Counted from the stretch's first letter, positions 25,585 through 38,441 are shown. The stretch is 64,000 bases of DNA from Chloroflexota bacterium (GCA_018606645.1 JAGVRI010000016.1:16790-80789); one strand, 5' to 3'. Made by a program: numbers and translations. Notes: generated by a model from the sequence alone, not told the origin.

Positions 25585-26277
25585 TTAGCCTCCGAGCAAC
25601 TCGCGTGCGCTGTCCACCAGAAACTGGATGCGCCCTGTCAGCAGCGAAAGGCGTGAGGTGAAGGTCGTGGCCAAAATGGCGCCGAAGGCGATCCACAGAA
25701 ACCATTGCCCCAGGCCACCCCAGGCCTGCACGATGCCGTTGCGGAATCTGGCCCACTTTCCCCTTGCACCCGCGGCGAAATAAAAGTGCAGGAGCACCCC
25801 AGTCGTACCGACCAGTACGAGGAGGCCGCTCGCCAACCCCAACCCGGTTCCGTAGCGTGAATAGCGCGTGACATCGGCCGTTGCGTCTATCTGGGGCCAC
25901 AGAGTACCTGATAGTGCACCACCGATGGCCAGCGCTCCCCCGACGCCTAGCAACACCGCAAGGCTCAAGTTCCCCCAGGCCGAGAATCTTTTGCTGGATT
26001 TGGCAAAAAGCAACAAGCCCAATACCAGAGGAACCATCAATAAAGCGATCCGCTCCCCTTCGCCAGCATCCAGGGCCTGAACCAAGGGGATCAACAGCCT
26101 GGGAGCCAGAATGTGGTGGAACGTGACCACGCCAACATAACCGAGCGCGGCCCCGACAAACAGGTGTTCGGCCCATCGGTAGAGGACATTGTCCCCGAGC
26201 AGATAGCCAAAGACAATCAGGGTCAAGACCACAGCCAGCCCCGTACCAACCGTATCCAGTAGCGGAGTCTCCATCAT
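25585..26277 (-). CDS. Polytopic membrane protein (hypothetical)
   Basis: 230 aa with about 6 hydrophobic helices; 4-nt overlap with the upstream gene. Confidence 0.6.
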   Translation of the reverse strand: MMETPLLDTVGTGLAVVLTLIVFGYLLGDNVLYRWAEHLFVGAALGYVGVVTFHHILAPRLLIPLVQALDAGEGERIALLMVPLVLGLLLFAKSSKRFSAWGNLSLAVLLGVGGALAIGGALSGTLWPQIDATADVTRYSRYGTGLGLASGLLVLVGTTGVLLHFYFAAGARGKWARFRNGIVQAWGGLGQWFLWIAFGAILATTFTSRLSLLTGRIQFLVDSARELLGG

Positions 26278-28784
26278 CGTTCCCTCCTGGCTTCATGTCG
26301 CATCAGGCCGATCACGCCTCCCACCAGGAGCACCAGGATCAGCACAAGGTGGCCGCCCATTTGGGAATCCAGGCGGACGGCGGTATCCCCTCCAGTGAGT
26401 CCCTGGCTGGCGCTGCCGCTTTCATACATGGCTGCGCCCGGCACTCCACCCACCACCCCAACCAGTCGTCGGGGTTCCGTGTCAAAATAGGACCGGGCGA
26501 TGGGTTCGATGGCCGCGCTGACCCCGGCTCCCACCGGCACCTTGTATAGCGCCGCAACTTGCTCGATCCAGGTCCGCAACATATCCTGTCCGGCGGTCAA
26601 CTCGATCACCAGATCCACGTCCTCGATGCGGACCATCCCGTCCATCACCGGCAGGTCGGTCAGCGGCGTGCCTTGAAAGTCCTGAGGGAACGTCCCCCGG
26701 AGCGATTGGCCCAACGAGCGCAAGGCCGCCGCCTGGCCGGGCAGGAACCCCAGGTTCACATAGCGTTGGCCATAGCGGCCCGCGTATCCGGCATGCTCTT
26801 GCATCAACCCATCGAGCAGACGTTGAGCAGTGGCAGGTCCGGCCGGCAACAGACTCACTACGATCAGCCGCGCCTCGCGGTCCATCAAATGGGTCACCAC
26901 CGCCCGAGCCACCACATCCATTTCACCGCTGTGGGCAGGATCATAATCAAAGCCGATCAACACCGTTGCGTCCCGGGGCAGAGCCTCTATTGTGCGATAT
27001 AATGCCGCCACCTCAGGACTCGGTTCGAAGCTCCGCGATATCAAAGGCTTCTCCAGCAACAGAGGAAAGGCGACGGCTGCGATCAGGGCCAGAAAGATGA
27101 TCCAGCGCGGCAGCAGAGCCAACAACTCAGGTCGAGGAGAAACGACGGCTCTCGGGCCAACTTCCAACGGCTGGCTTACGATCTCGGCAAAGAGCCGCGC
27201 CTGAGGCAGATCGGCGATGGTCTCTTGTCCGCGGGGCCTGGCCGCTCGAGGTTGGGCAATGATCATCTCAGCCGGCAGGATCCCCTGCAAGCCAGCCAGC
27301 AATCCCGTTCCCTCTTCCTCTTTGACTACGCTGGAGGGCTCCTCGACCCTTTTCTCTTCGTCCAGCTCCTGGGGCTTGAGGGAGATCAGCCAATCCGGGA
27401 TCTCGGCCCTGGGCAGACCCTCCTCCTTCGGTTCGGCAGGCACCAGCCACTGCGCCAGCTCTCTTTCCGATATCTCTGCCGGAGGGACGGGCTCCCCAGC
27501 AGGTCTCGGCTCGAGCCCCGTCAGCCAGTCGGGGACCCTGGTTTCTTCTGCTTCAGACGGTGGAGGGGAGGGGGCAGCCTCTTTGGCTTCAATGGGGCGC
27601 AGTTCCGCCAGCCATTCCGGAAGCTCGGCCTCTTCCGGCTCCGCCACCGGAGGAGCCGCCTCCGCCGGTTCCCCAGGGCGCAGTTCCGCCAGCCACTCCG
27701 GAAGCTCGGCCTCCTCCGGCTCCACCGCCGGAGGAACTGCCTCCGCCGCTTCCACCGGGCGCAGTTCCGCCAGCCACTCCGGGAGCTCGGTTTCCTCCGG
27801 CTCCACCACCGGAGGAACGGCCTCCACCGGCTCCACCGGGCGCAGTGCCGCCAGCCACTCCGGAAACTCGGTTTCCTCCGGCTCCACCACCGGGGGAACC
27901 GCCTCCGCCGGTTCCACCGGGCGCAGTTCCGCCAGCCACTCCGGAAGCTCGGCCTCCTCCGGCTCCACCGCCGGAGGAACGGCCTCCACCGGCTCCACCG
28001 GGCGCAGTGCCGCCAGCCACTCCGGAAGCTCGGCCTCCTCCGCCCCGACCACCGGAGGAACGGCCTCCGCCGGTTCCCCAGGGCGCAGTTCCGCCAGCCA
28101 CTCCGGAAGCTCGGCCTCCTCCGGCTCCACCGCCGGGGGAACCGCCTCCGCCGGTTCCACCGGGCGCAGTTCCGCCAGCCACTCCGGAATCTCGGCCTCC
28201 TCCGGCTCCACCGCCGGAGGAACCGCCTCCGCCGGTTCCACCGGGCGCAGTGCCGCCAGCCACTCCGGAAGCTCGGCCTCCTCTGGCTCCACCATCGGGG
28301 CAACGGGGGTGACTTCCTTGGCTTCTGGCATCTCACCTTCCGCCGCTTCCGTTCCCTCGATCGGAGACAGTTCTGATAACTCCCGTAACCAGTCCGGAAT
28401 CCCCTCACTGCTCTGCGCAGGGGCGGCTTCAACCGCCGGGCCGGTGGGGGGGTGAATCAGGCCAAGTTCTCGCAACCAGGCGGGCAATTCCTCTTCTACC
28501 TCAGACGGTTCCGCTTCGCCCTCTAACTCTTCCTCGCTATCTGCAGAGACTTTGGATGGTAAAGAAAGGCCCTTGATCGGCGAAGGGGAAGGAACACCAG
28601 AGGGTGGAGCAGGTGATGGCAGCAACTGTCCCCCACACTCCTCACAGAACACATTCTGAACAGGATTGAGCGCACCGCATTGGGGACATTTGACCTGGGT
28701 CTGGGAGCCAAGCCCTTCCCCACATTCATTGCAGAACTTGCTGCCATCTCGATTGGCGGTCCCACATTTCGGGCAATAGATCAT
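26274..28784 (-). CDS. Double zinc-ribbon protein with PEWL tandem repeats, TM segment and extracytoplasmic C-terminal domain
   Basis: MIYCPKCGTANRDGSKFCNECG...CPQCGALNPVQNVFCEECG; about nine 27-aa repeats EEAELPEWLAELRPVEPAEAVPPAVEP; TM WIIFLALIAAVAFPLLL and a C-terminal TM. Confidence 0.75.
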   Translation of the reverse strand: MIYCPKCGTANRDGSKFCNECGEGLGSQTQVKCPQCGALNPVQNVFCEECGGQLLPSPAPPSGVPSPSPIKGLSLPSKVSADSEEELEGEAEPSEVEEELPAWLRELGLIHPPTGPAVEAAPAQSSEGIPDWLRELSELSPIEGTEAAEGEMPEAKEVTPVAPMVEPEEAELPEWLAALRPVEPAEAVPPAVEPEEAEIPEWLAELRPVEPAEAVPPAVEPEEAELPEWLAELRPGEPAEAVPPVVGAEEAELPEWLAALRPVEPVEAVPPAVEPEEAELPEWLAELRPVEPAEAVPPVVEPEETEFPEWLAALRPVEPVEAVPPVVEPEETELPEWLAELRPVEAAEAVPPAVEPEEAELPEWLAELRPGEPAEAAPPVAEPEEAELPEWLAELRPIEAKEAAPSPPPSEAEETRVPDWLTGLEPRPAGEPVPPAEISERELAQWLVPAEPKEEGLPRAEIPDWLISLKPQELDEEKRVEEPSSVVKEEEGTGLLAGLQGILPAEMIIAQPRAARPRGQETIADLPQARLFAEIVSQPLEVGPRAVVSPRPELLALLPRWIIFLALIAAVAFPLLLEKPLISRSFEPSPEVAALYRTIEALPRDATVLIGFDYDPAHSGEMDVVARAVVTHLMDREARLIVVSLLPAGPATAQRLLDGLMQEHAGYAGRYGQRYVNLGFLPGQAAALRSLGQSLRGTFPQDFQGTPLTDLPVMDGMVRIEDVDLVIELTAGQDMLRTWIEQVAALYKVPVGAGVSAAIEPIARSYFDTEPRRLVGVVGGVPGAAMYESGSASQGLTGGDTAVRLDSQMGGHLVLILVLLVGGVIGLMRHEARRER
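27594..28300. repeat. Tandem 81-bp coding repeat, about 9 near-identical copies
   Basis: GGGCGCAGTTCCGCCAGCCACTCCGGAAGCTCGGCC... recurs every 81 nt; open in all six frames. Confidence 0.9.
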
Positions 28785-28819
28785 CTCAACCTCGCTCTTG
28801 TCACCTGTTCTGGGTGGTA

Positions 28820-29452
28820 TCAGTCGCTATAGGGACGCTCTACCCCTAACAAGAGCCGAATGCTGGTCAAGAGAGCTCCCAGAGATACACCCAGTACAAT
28901 GCCTCGTACGCCGGCCATGGCCGGCACATCCAGAATCCAATCCTTGAGATCGGACAAAACCGGGAAGATTCCTACCGAGACCTGTCCCAGCAGAACGAGC
29001 AGAGCCACGATCCACAGGATGACCCAGCCGGGACGGCGAGTTCGAAGCATCCGGTAGGAGGCCGTGGCGATGAAAAAGACGAGCAGCGCCGAGAGAGAAG
29101 CCTGGATCGGGGCCTGGACATTCTGAAAGATCCACTGCACCGCCGGTTGAGCCGGCCCGGAAGGCCGGTCTGGAGATGGAGGCAACCCCAGAGCCAGGAC
29201 CAACAACATCACGGCGAGGAGGAAGAAACTCGAAAAACGCCCCGGTTGCCGCTCACGGATCTTGCGAGCATGAACACGGACGACATTCCACAGTCCCAAA
29301 AAGAGAGCAAACGCAGCGATCAGAATGGCCGTGTCCACAAAGTAATTCCCAATGGCATCCAACCAGGGGTTGGTCGTGAACACCGACGCCAGGACGAACA
29401 GGCCCACGGCCATGCCAACCGCGGTAGGTAGCATCCGTTTCAGAACTGACAT
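28820..29452 (-). CDS. Polytopic membrane protein (hypothetical)
   Basis: Start taken at MSVLKRMLPTAVGMAVGLFVLA (29452); about 6 hydrophobic helices. Confidence 0.6.
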   Translation of the reverse strand: MSVLKRMLPTAVGMAVGLFVLASVFTTNPWLDAIGNYFVDTAILIAAFALFLGLWNVVRVHARKIRERQPGRFSSFFLLAVMLLVLALGLPPSPDRPSGPAQPAVQWIFQNVQAPIQASLSALLVFFIATASYRMLRTRRPGWVILWIVALLVLLGQVSVGIFPVLSDLKDWILDVPAMAGVRGIVLGVSLGALLTSIRLLLGVERPYSD

Positions 29453-29466
29453 GGCTCCCCCCAATC

Positions 29467-30201
29467 TCACGCGACGATCTTGGCCACGGCAGCGATCACG
29501 ATCCCAGCGATCACCGCCCACCGGGCCCAATCCTCGGTCAGCAAACTGCCGATCTGGATCGGCAGTCGTCTGATATAGGATCCTGCGGCAAAGATCTCTT
29601 CCCCGATCAACGTCTGATCGGCCGACGCATAGACCAGAGGCAACGTCTGAGGATCCGTTGTCCCCACGACCTGGGGGATCTGGCGACGGGCACCCGTTTC
29701 CCCGATCAGGAGGTACTCGTCGCCGAACGCTCCGACCATGACATTGGCCATCAGCGGCTGTCGGTCCAGCAGGCCCATGACCCCAGCCGCATAGGCCATC
29801 GGGACCGGAGCGATCAGGCGGACCTGAGTGGGATCGAACCCTTCGGGATTGCCACGACGGGCATAGGCCCGGCGCACGATATCTTGGGCAATGGGCAGGA
29901 CGGTCGGGTCGGCCACAGTGACGATGAGGGGAGCATCACAGGCTACCGCTCTGTCGGCGATTTGCGATAACAAGGAAAGGCCGGCCCACGTTTCCGCCGT
30001 AGCCACGCCGCCGACTCCGGCGACCCCCACCGAGACATGGAGAGGCCGACCGGTTTCTGCCGATTGTCCAACGGACTGCGAGATCTCGGGGATGCCCGGC
30101 AGCTTCCGGAGTTCCCCCGCCTTACCAGCCTTCACCCTAAGGGTCAGGTAAAACAGAACAGGCCAGATAAGAAGAAAGAAAACCAACAAGACCTTTTCCA
30201 T
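29467..30201 (-). CDS. Membrane-anchored hypothetical protein (N- and C-terminal TM)
   Basis: MEKVLLVFFLLIWPVLFYL... and the C-terminal WAVIAGIVIAAVAKIVA; GGAGGAA RBS; 1-nt overlap with the upstream gene. Confidence 0.6.
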   Translation of the reverse strand: MEKVLLVFFLLIWPVLFYLTLRVKAGKAGELRKLPGIPEISQSVGQSAETGRPLHVSVGVAGVGGVATAETWAGLSLLSQIADRAVACDAPLIVTVADPTVLPIAQDIVRRAYARRGNPEGFDPTQVRLIAPVPMAYAAGVMGLLDRQPLMANVMVGAFGDEYLLIGETGARRQIPQVVGTTDPQTLPLVYASADQTLIGEEIFAAGSYIRRLPIQIGSLLTEDWARWAVIAGIVIAAVAKIVA

Positions 30202-30497
30202 CAGCTTTCCTCCTCGCTGCGCCGCGTGTGGCCGGCTCTTTCCCGTTCCAGGCGGACGATCAACGCGTCCAGGCTCCTGGGTTCGGCCAACAGGTCGGCG
30301 TACTGTGCCAGCCGAGTTTCTGAAGACAGGAACCCCAGCAGCGGTTCGCAGAGGTAGAGGCCCTGACTGGCCAGAAAGCCGAACGGCTTGACGATCTCCA
30401 ACAGGAGAATGGCGGGAGCGATCAACCCCCGCTGGCTGATCTTTCCTACGATTTGCTCGATCAATTGCTGGTCCGGTTCTTGATCTGATTCTCTCAT
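30201..30497 (-). CDS. Small hypothetical protein, first gene of the operon
   Basis: ATG at 30497 (MRESDQ...); the track start at 30503 is TTG; a promoter lies just upstream. Confidence 0.5.
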   Translation of the reverse strand: MRESDQEPDQQLIEQIVGKISQRGLIAPAILLLEIVKPFGFLASQGLYLCEPLLGFLSSETRLAQYADLLAEPRSLDALIVRLERERAGHTRRSEEES

Positions 30498-30511
30498 CGT
30501 CAACCGAACCT

Positions 30512-30540
30512 ATTATACCACAATATTTTTATTTTTGCCA
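30512..30540 (-). promoter_or_regulatory. Promoter of the 8-gene envelope operon
   Basis: Minus strand: TGGCAA, 17 nt, (TGG)TATAAT; the -10 ends about 14 nt before ATG 30497, implying a very short leader. Confidence 0.45.
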
Positions 30541-30571
30541 GTTACTATCGGGTCGGATTATGGCTGCTGCA

Positions 30572-30706
30572 AAGTCCAGCACCCAGTGGGAGTGGAGGCT
30601 TCAGCCGGAACGGAATCACGCAGACCCCAGCTCAGGCTTCCACTCCAGTCCGTTCCGCAAAGCCACAGCGGGCCTGTCAACCCACCTGGCCACAGTCGTA
30701 GGGTCT
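30572..30706 (+). repeat. Dispersed ~135-nt element, copy A (possible structured RNA or MITE)
   Basis: AAGTCCAGCACCCAGTGGGAGTGGAGGCTTCAGCCGGAACGGAATCACGCAGA...GCTTCCACTCCAGTCCGTTCCGCAAAGCC...; near-identical to 42251..42387 (reverse) and similar to 59219..59345. Confidence 0.7.
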
Positions 30707-30797
30707 GGTAGTGTATCTCTTGGAAATCAGAGAGGTGAGCGACCGCCCGGCGCCAGCGGCCCACGCTGCCGTGGGCATTGACTGCCTGGAGTCCGGA

Positions 30798-31099
30798 TCA
30801 TCGCTGCAGATAGGCCTTGAGCAGGGCCTTGAATAGCCGCCCGTGATTGGGCACTTTGAGGTGCAGCAGCTCGTGCACAATCACCTCGCGGCGAATGTCA
30901 GCCGGCTGGTGCAGGAGATCGGTGTCGAAGGTGAGCCGGCCTTGCGAGGAGCAACTGGCCCACTTGCGTTTCATGGGACGGATGCGGATCTCGCGCGGGG
31001 TCACCTCCAGGCGCCTGGCCCAGGCCTCTACTTCGGCGCGAAACAGGTCAACGGGGACCGCTTGCTCCAACGGTTGCCAATCGGAAACGGCGGCTTTTC

Positions 31100-31103
<4 letters not shown>
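30798..31103 (-). CDS. Short DUF45/YgjP-like (M48/WLM-type) zinc metallopeptidase
   Basis: RKWASCSSQGRLTFDTDLL...VIVHELLHLKVPNHG (HExxH); 4-nt overlap with the hsdR stop. Confidence 0.75.
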
Positions 31104-34101
<2,998 letters not shown>

Positions 34102-34105
<4 letters not shown>

Positions 34106-34782
34106 GGTTTGTCCTCCTGTGACCGTGGGGGCGAAGACAAAGCAGGGGCGAACAATCTTTCGCCCCTGCGAGCTGCCCCTGCGGGGTTGTGGATCATCTC
34201 CCAGATCTCCCGTGCCAGTGGATCCTCGCCGGTGCGTTCGGGGTTGTAGCGGTCCAGGTGCCACCGTAAGGGGTTCTCATCAATGTAACGGCGAATGGCG
34301 TCCAGGGCGCGTTCGTCGCGGATGATGTGTTCGTAATAATTGCGTTGCCAGACCGGCGCGCCGGGGGCGTTGCGCAATTCATTGATGCGTTTGGTGACGC
34401 CGGATTTGAACGATCGGACGATGGCCCCCACCGACCCGGGAACGACATTGGCCGGGGGCGTGGTGAATGAAGGGGCGCAGCGGCGCTGCGCCCCTACGCC
34501 ATCCCCCACAATCCAAATCATGCCGTGGATGTGGTTGGGCGTAATTACGAGTTCATCATCGCATAATTGCACATACGGGCGGATTTGGCCGGTTTTGAAC
34601 CATTCATCGCGCACGATTTCGCCCCATTCATTCAACCGCATCTCCCCATCCACCACCGCGCCAAACAAGTACGCCCGCTCGTGCGTGCAAATGGTGATGA
34701 AATACGCGCCCGGTTGGGTGTAATCGTAGCCCGGCAAGCGGATGGAACGGCGATGATAGCGATTCGGGTCATAGTGGGTCAT
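34102..34782 (-). CDS. REP-associated tyrosine transposase (RAYT, IS200/IS605 Y1 HUH family)
   Basis: HUH motif NHIHGMIW and the Tyr motif WQRNYYEHIIRDE; single ORF without tnpB or IS ends; overlaps the hsdS stop and the hsdR start. Confidence 0.8.
34142..34169. repeat. REP-like palindrome variant inside the RAYT 3' end (in frame)
   Basis: GCAGGGGCGAACAATCTTTCGCCCCTGC encodes RRGERLFAPA. Confidence 0.55.
34469..34497. repeat. REP-like palindrome inside the RAYT gene (in frame)
   Basis: GAAGGGGCGCAGCGGCGCTGCGCCCCTAC encodes VGAQRRCAPS. Confidence 0.65.
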
Positions 34783-36143
34783 CAGGCGTCCTCGTGGGCC
34801 TCAAAGCCGGCAACGAAAGCAGGCGGCAGGCGGCGCCGGGCGGTCATCAGCTCATGCAACAAGGTCTTGAACAGGTCCCCCAGCGCGCGGGCATAGGCCT
34901 CCTCGGCCTGGATGCGCCGATCCACCGCCTGCAGAATACGCGCAATCTCCCGCTGCTCGGCGATGGGTGGGAGGGGGATAAGAAGGTTTTGCAGGACAGG
35001 GATGTTAATACCGAGTTTTAGCCGTCCACCCTTGCTGCTATTGATCTGGTCCCAATAGGTTCTTGTATCTGTGAAGAACGATAGGAAGTCAGGCAGAAGG
35101 TTTTCGTCAGATAGAATTCGAATTCGGATCAAGTACGAAGCGAATATTGCTGGCGGGCACTCGTCAACAAGAAACGTTTTTCCTGTGGTAGCCCCGATAC
35201 GAGCCACAAGTATATCGCCAGGTTTTAAAGTGTATTTCTCAATTTCGGATTGGGTTATTTCGCAGAAAGGAACTGATGACCAAATCACCTTGCCACTTTG
35301 GATGTCTGTAATACGCAAGAACTTTGGGCCTATAGGAAAAACAGAGGCGCTGGCGGTATAACCATACTGAGGTCTTTCCATCACCTCCCCCAACCGGACC
35401 ACCTGCCAATGTTCCGGGATGGGGCCGATTTCGGTCTCGCGTAGGGGCACAGCGCGCTGTGCCCCTACCCCTATGGGGACCGGCCCATAGGTGAAAAGAT
35501 GGTTCATGAGGCTGCGCTTGAGGTCGCGCAGCGCGGCGATGACCCGCTCCGTGGCCTCCTTTGCCTCCTGCACCGTCCGCAGCACGTGCGCAATCGCCCG
35601 CTGCTCGGCAATGGGTGGGAGGGGGATGGGCACGCTCAAAAAATCACTTTTCCGAATAGCTCGCCTACGGTTAACGGCACCAGAAGCAAAACGATTATAC
35701 ACTGCTATTGCAGCTGGCATCCGCAGAAGGGGATCAACAAACAAAAAGTCTGCTTTGTCAGATTTGACCTCCCAGACTGGGTAAACTGGGCTAACAAGTC
35801 CAGCGTTGTATTTGCTAAGAGCATGAACAGCCCCTTCCCAAATTACATAAGGATTATTTACGATTTGCCCACGAAGAACAACCTTGTATTCGCTAACATC
35901 TTCTGTTGCAATACGTTTGCCAAACCGTTCTGTTTGCAAAATAAGCCCGTCATTCTTTGTTAACGACAATACGGGTAACTCTTGGTCAACTTTTTCCAGG
36001 TCCTTATAACGAATATCAACCTCACTAAGCACCTCCCCCAACCGGACTACCTGCCAGTCTTCGGGCAGGGGACCGAGTTCGGTGTCGCGTAGGGGCACGG
36101 CATGCCGTGCCGCTACGGGCAATCCGTTCGCCTTAGCGCTCAT
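34782..36143 (-). CDS. hsdS: Type I R-M specificity subunit
   Basis: Two-TRD layout with duplicated conserved segments (PEDWQVVRLGEV / PEHWQVVRLGEV; PLPPIAEQRAIA / PLPPIAEQREIA); start MSAKANG at 36143. Confidence 0.9.
   Translation of the reverse strand: MSAKANGLPVAARHAVPLRDTELGPLPEDWQVVRLGEVLSEVDIRYKDLEKVDQELPVLSLTKNDGLILQTERFGKRIATEDVSEYKVVLRGQIVNNPYVIWEGAVHALSKYNAGLVSPVYPVWEVKSDKADFLFVDPLLRMPAAIAVYNRFASGAVNRRRAIRKSDFLSVPIPLPPIAEQRAIAHVLRTVQEAKEATERVIAALRDLKRSLMNHLFTYGPVPIGVGAQRAVPLRETEIGPIPEHWQVVRLGEVMERPQYGYTASASVFPIGPKFLRITDIQSGKVIWSSVPFCEITQSEIEKYTLKPGDILVARIGATTGKTFLVDECPPAIFASYLIRIRILSDENLLPDFLSFFTDTRTYWDQINSSKGGRLKLGINIPVLQNLLIPLPPIAEQREIARILQAVDRRIQAEEAYARALGDLFKTLLHELMTARRRLPPAFVAGFEAHEDA
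35441..35468. repeat. REP-like palindrome inside hsdS, second half (in frame)
   Basis: GTAGGGGCACAGCGCGCTGTGCCCCTAC encodes VGAQRAVPL. Confidence 0.7.
36089..36116. repeat. REP-like palindrome inside hsdS, N-terminus (in frame)
   Basis: GTAGGGGCACGGCATGCCGTGCCGCTAC encodes VAARHAVPL. Confidence 0.7.
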
Positions 36144-36480
36144 CGGCGATTTCCTCCAGCAAGCGCGCCATCTGCTCACGCAAAAGCGGCACCTCTTGCG
36201 TTGCCGTCACCCAAACGATACGCCAATCCACCGCAAAATACTCATGAACCGCAATGTTGCGAAAGGCGACAATATCCGGCCAGGGGATTTCGGGATGCTG
36301 CTCCGTGAAGGTCCTGGGCAGGCGAGATGCTGCCTCGCCGATGACGATGAGTTTCTGCAACACAGCGCTCTGTCGCAGCTCATCCTGCATGAAGGCGGTT
36401 TCATCCACACCTTGCAAGAAACGGGCAATGGCGTCGGCGGCCTCTACAATATCCGTCAGATACAGTCGCTCAGGCCGCAT
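36133..36480 (-). CDS. hepT: HepT-like (DUF86) RNase toxin, type VII TA
   Basis: Rx4HxY motif FRNIAVHEY; 115 aa; overlaps the MNT gene by 11 nt and the hsdS start by 11 nt. Confidence 0.85.
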   Translation of the reverse strand: MRPERLYLTDIVEAADAIARFLQGVDETAFMQDELRQSAVLQKLIVIGEAASRLPRTFTEQHPEIPWPDIVAFRNIAVHEYFAVDWRIVWVTATQEVPLLREQMARLLEEIADER

Positions 36481-36765
36481 AGATCACCTGTTCCTCGCGC
36501 AAGATGGCATCCCGAATGGCGGGCTTGAGCCCATTGCGTGGCACCAGGTCTACTGACCTCCCCAACAAGCTCGATAACTCCCGTGCCATCCGGCTCAACG
36601 TAAGGAAGCCCACCTGTGCCTCTGGTTCAAACTCCACCAGAATATCTACGTCGCTGTGCGGACCCAAGTCCTCGCGGAGCACGGAACCGAACAGAGAAAG
36701 CCGACGTACCTGGTAACGACGGCACAGTTCCGCCAATTCCCGTTTAGGAGTGGATAACGCAATGC

Positions 36766-36769
<4 letters not shown>
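36470..36769 (-). CDS. mntA: MNT nucleotidyltransferase antitoxin
   Basis: GSx10DxD motif FGSVLREDLGPHSDVDILV; 99 aa; its ATG overlaps the hsdM stop (ATGA). Confidence 0.85.
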
Positions 36770-38361
<1,592 letters not shown>

Positions 38362-38411
38362 CGAGGCCCTTTCTCCTTGTTCTCCCTGACGAGGTATCCC
38401 GCTCAACTAAC

Positions 38412-38441
38412 ATTATACCCCATCCGTTGCCACTGCGTCAA
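38412..38441 (-). promoter_or_regulatory. Promoter of the Type I R-M operon
   Basis: Minus strand TTGACG, 18 nt, TATAAT, about 45 nt upstream of the hsdM ATG. Confidence 0.45.

Noticed and set aside
27594-28300. Possible CRISPR array because of regular repeats
   Set aside because: The repeats are contiguous with no unique spacers, the period is 81 nt in frame, and they lie inside a long CDS.
27217-28455. Five overlapping long ORFs on both strands (27217..28455, 27225..28376, 27521..28432, 27560..28312, 27589..28263)
   Set aside because: They are all generated by the stop-free 81-bp tandem repeat. Only the minus-strand frame that continues into the zinc-ribbon N-terminus and the TM/C-terminal domain is coherent.
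30558-30781. Short ORFs across the dispersed element (also 42161..42373 and 59025..59401) sharing the peptide GVEASAGTE
   Set aside because: The shared peptide merely reflects the conserved nucleotide core. The frames diverge through indels after ~15 codons, there are no RBSs, and the orientation relative to the ORFs is inconsistent.
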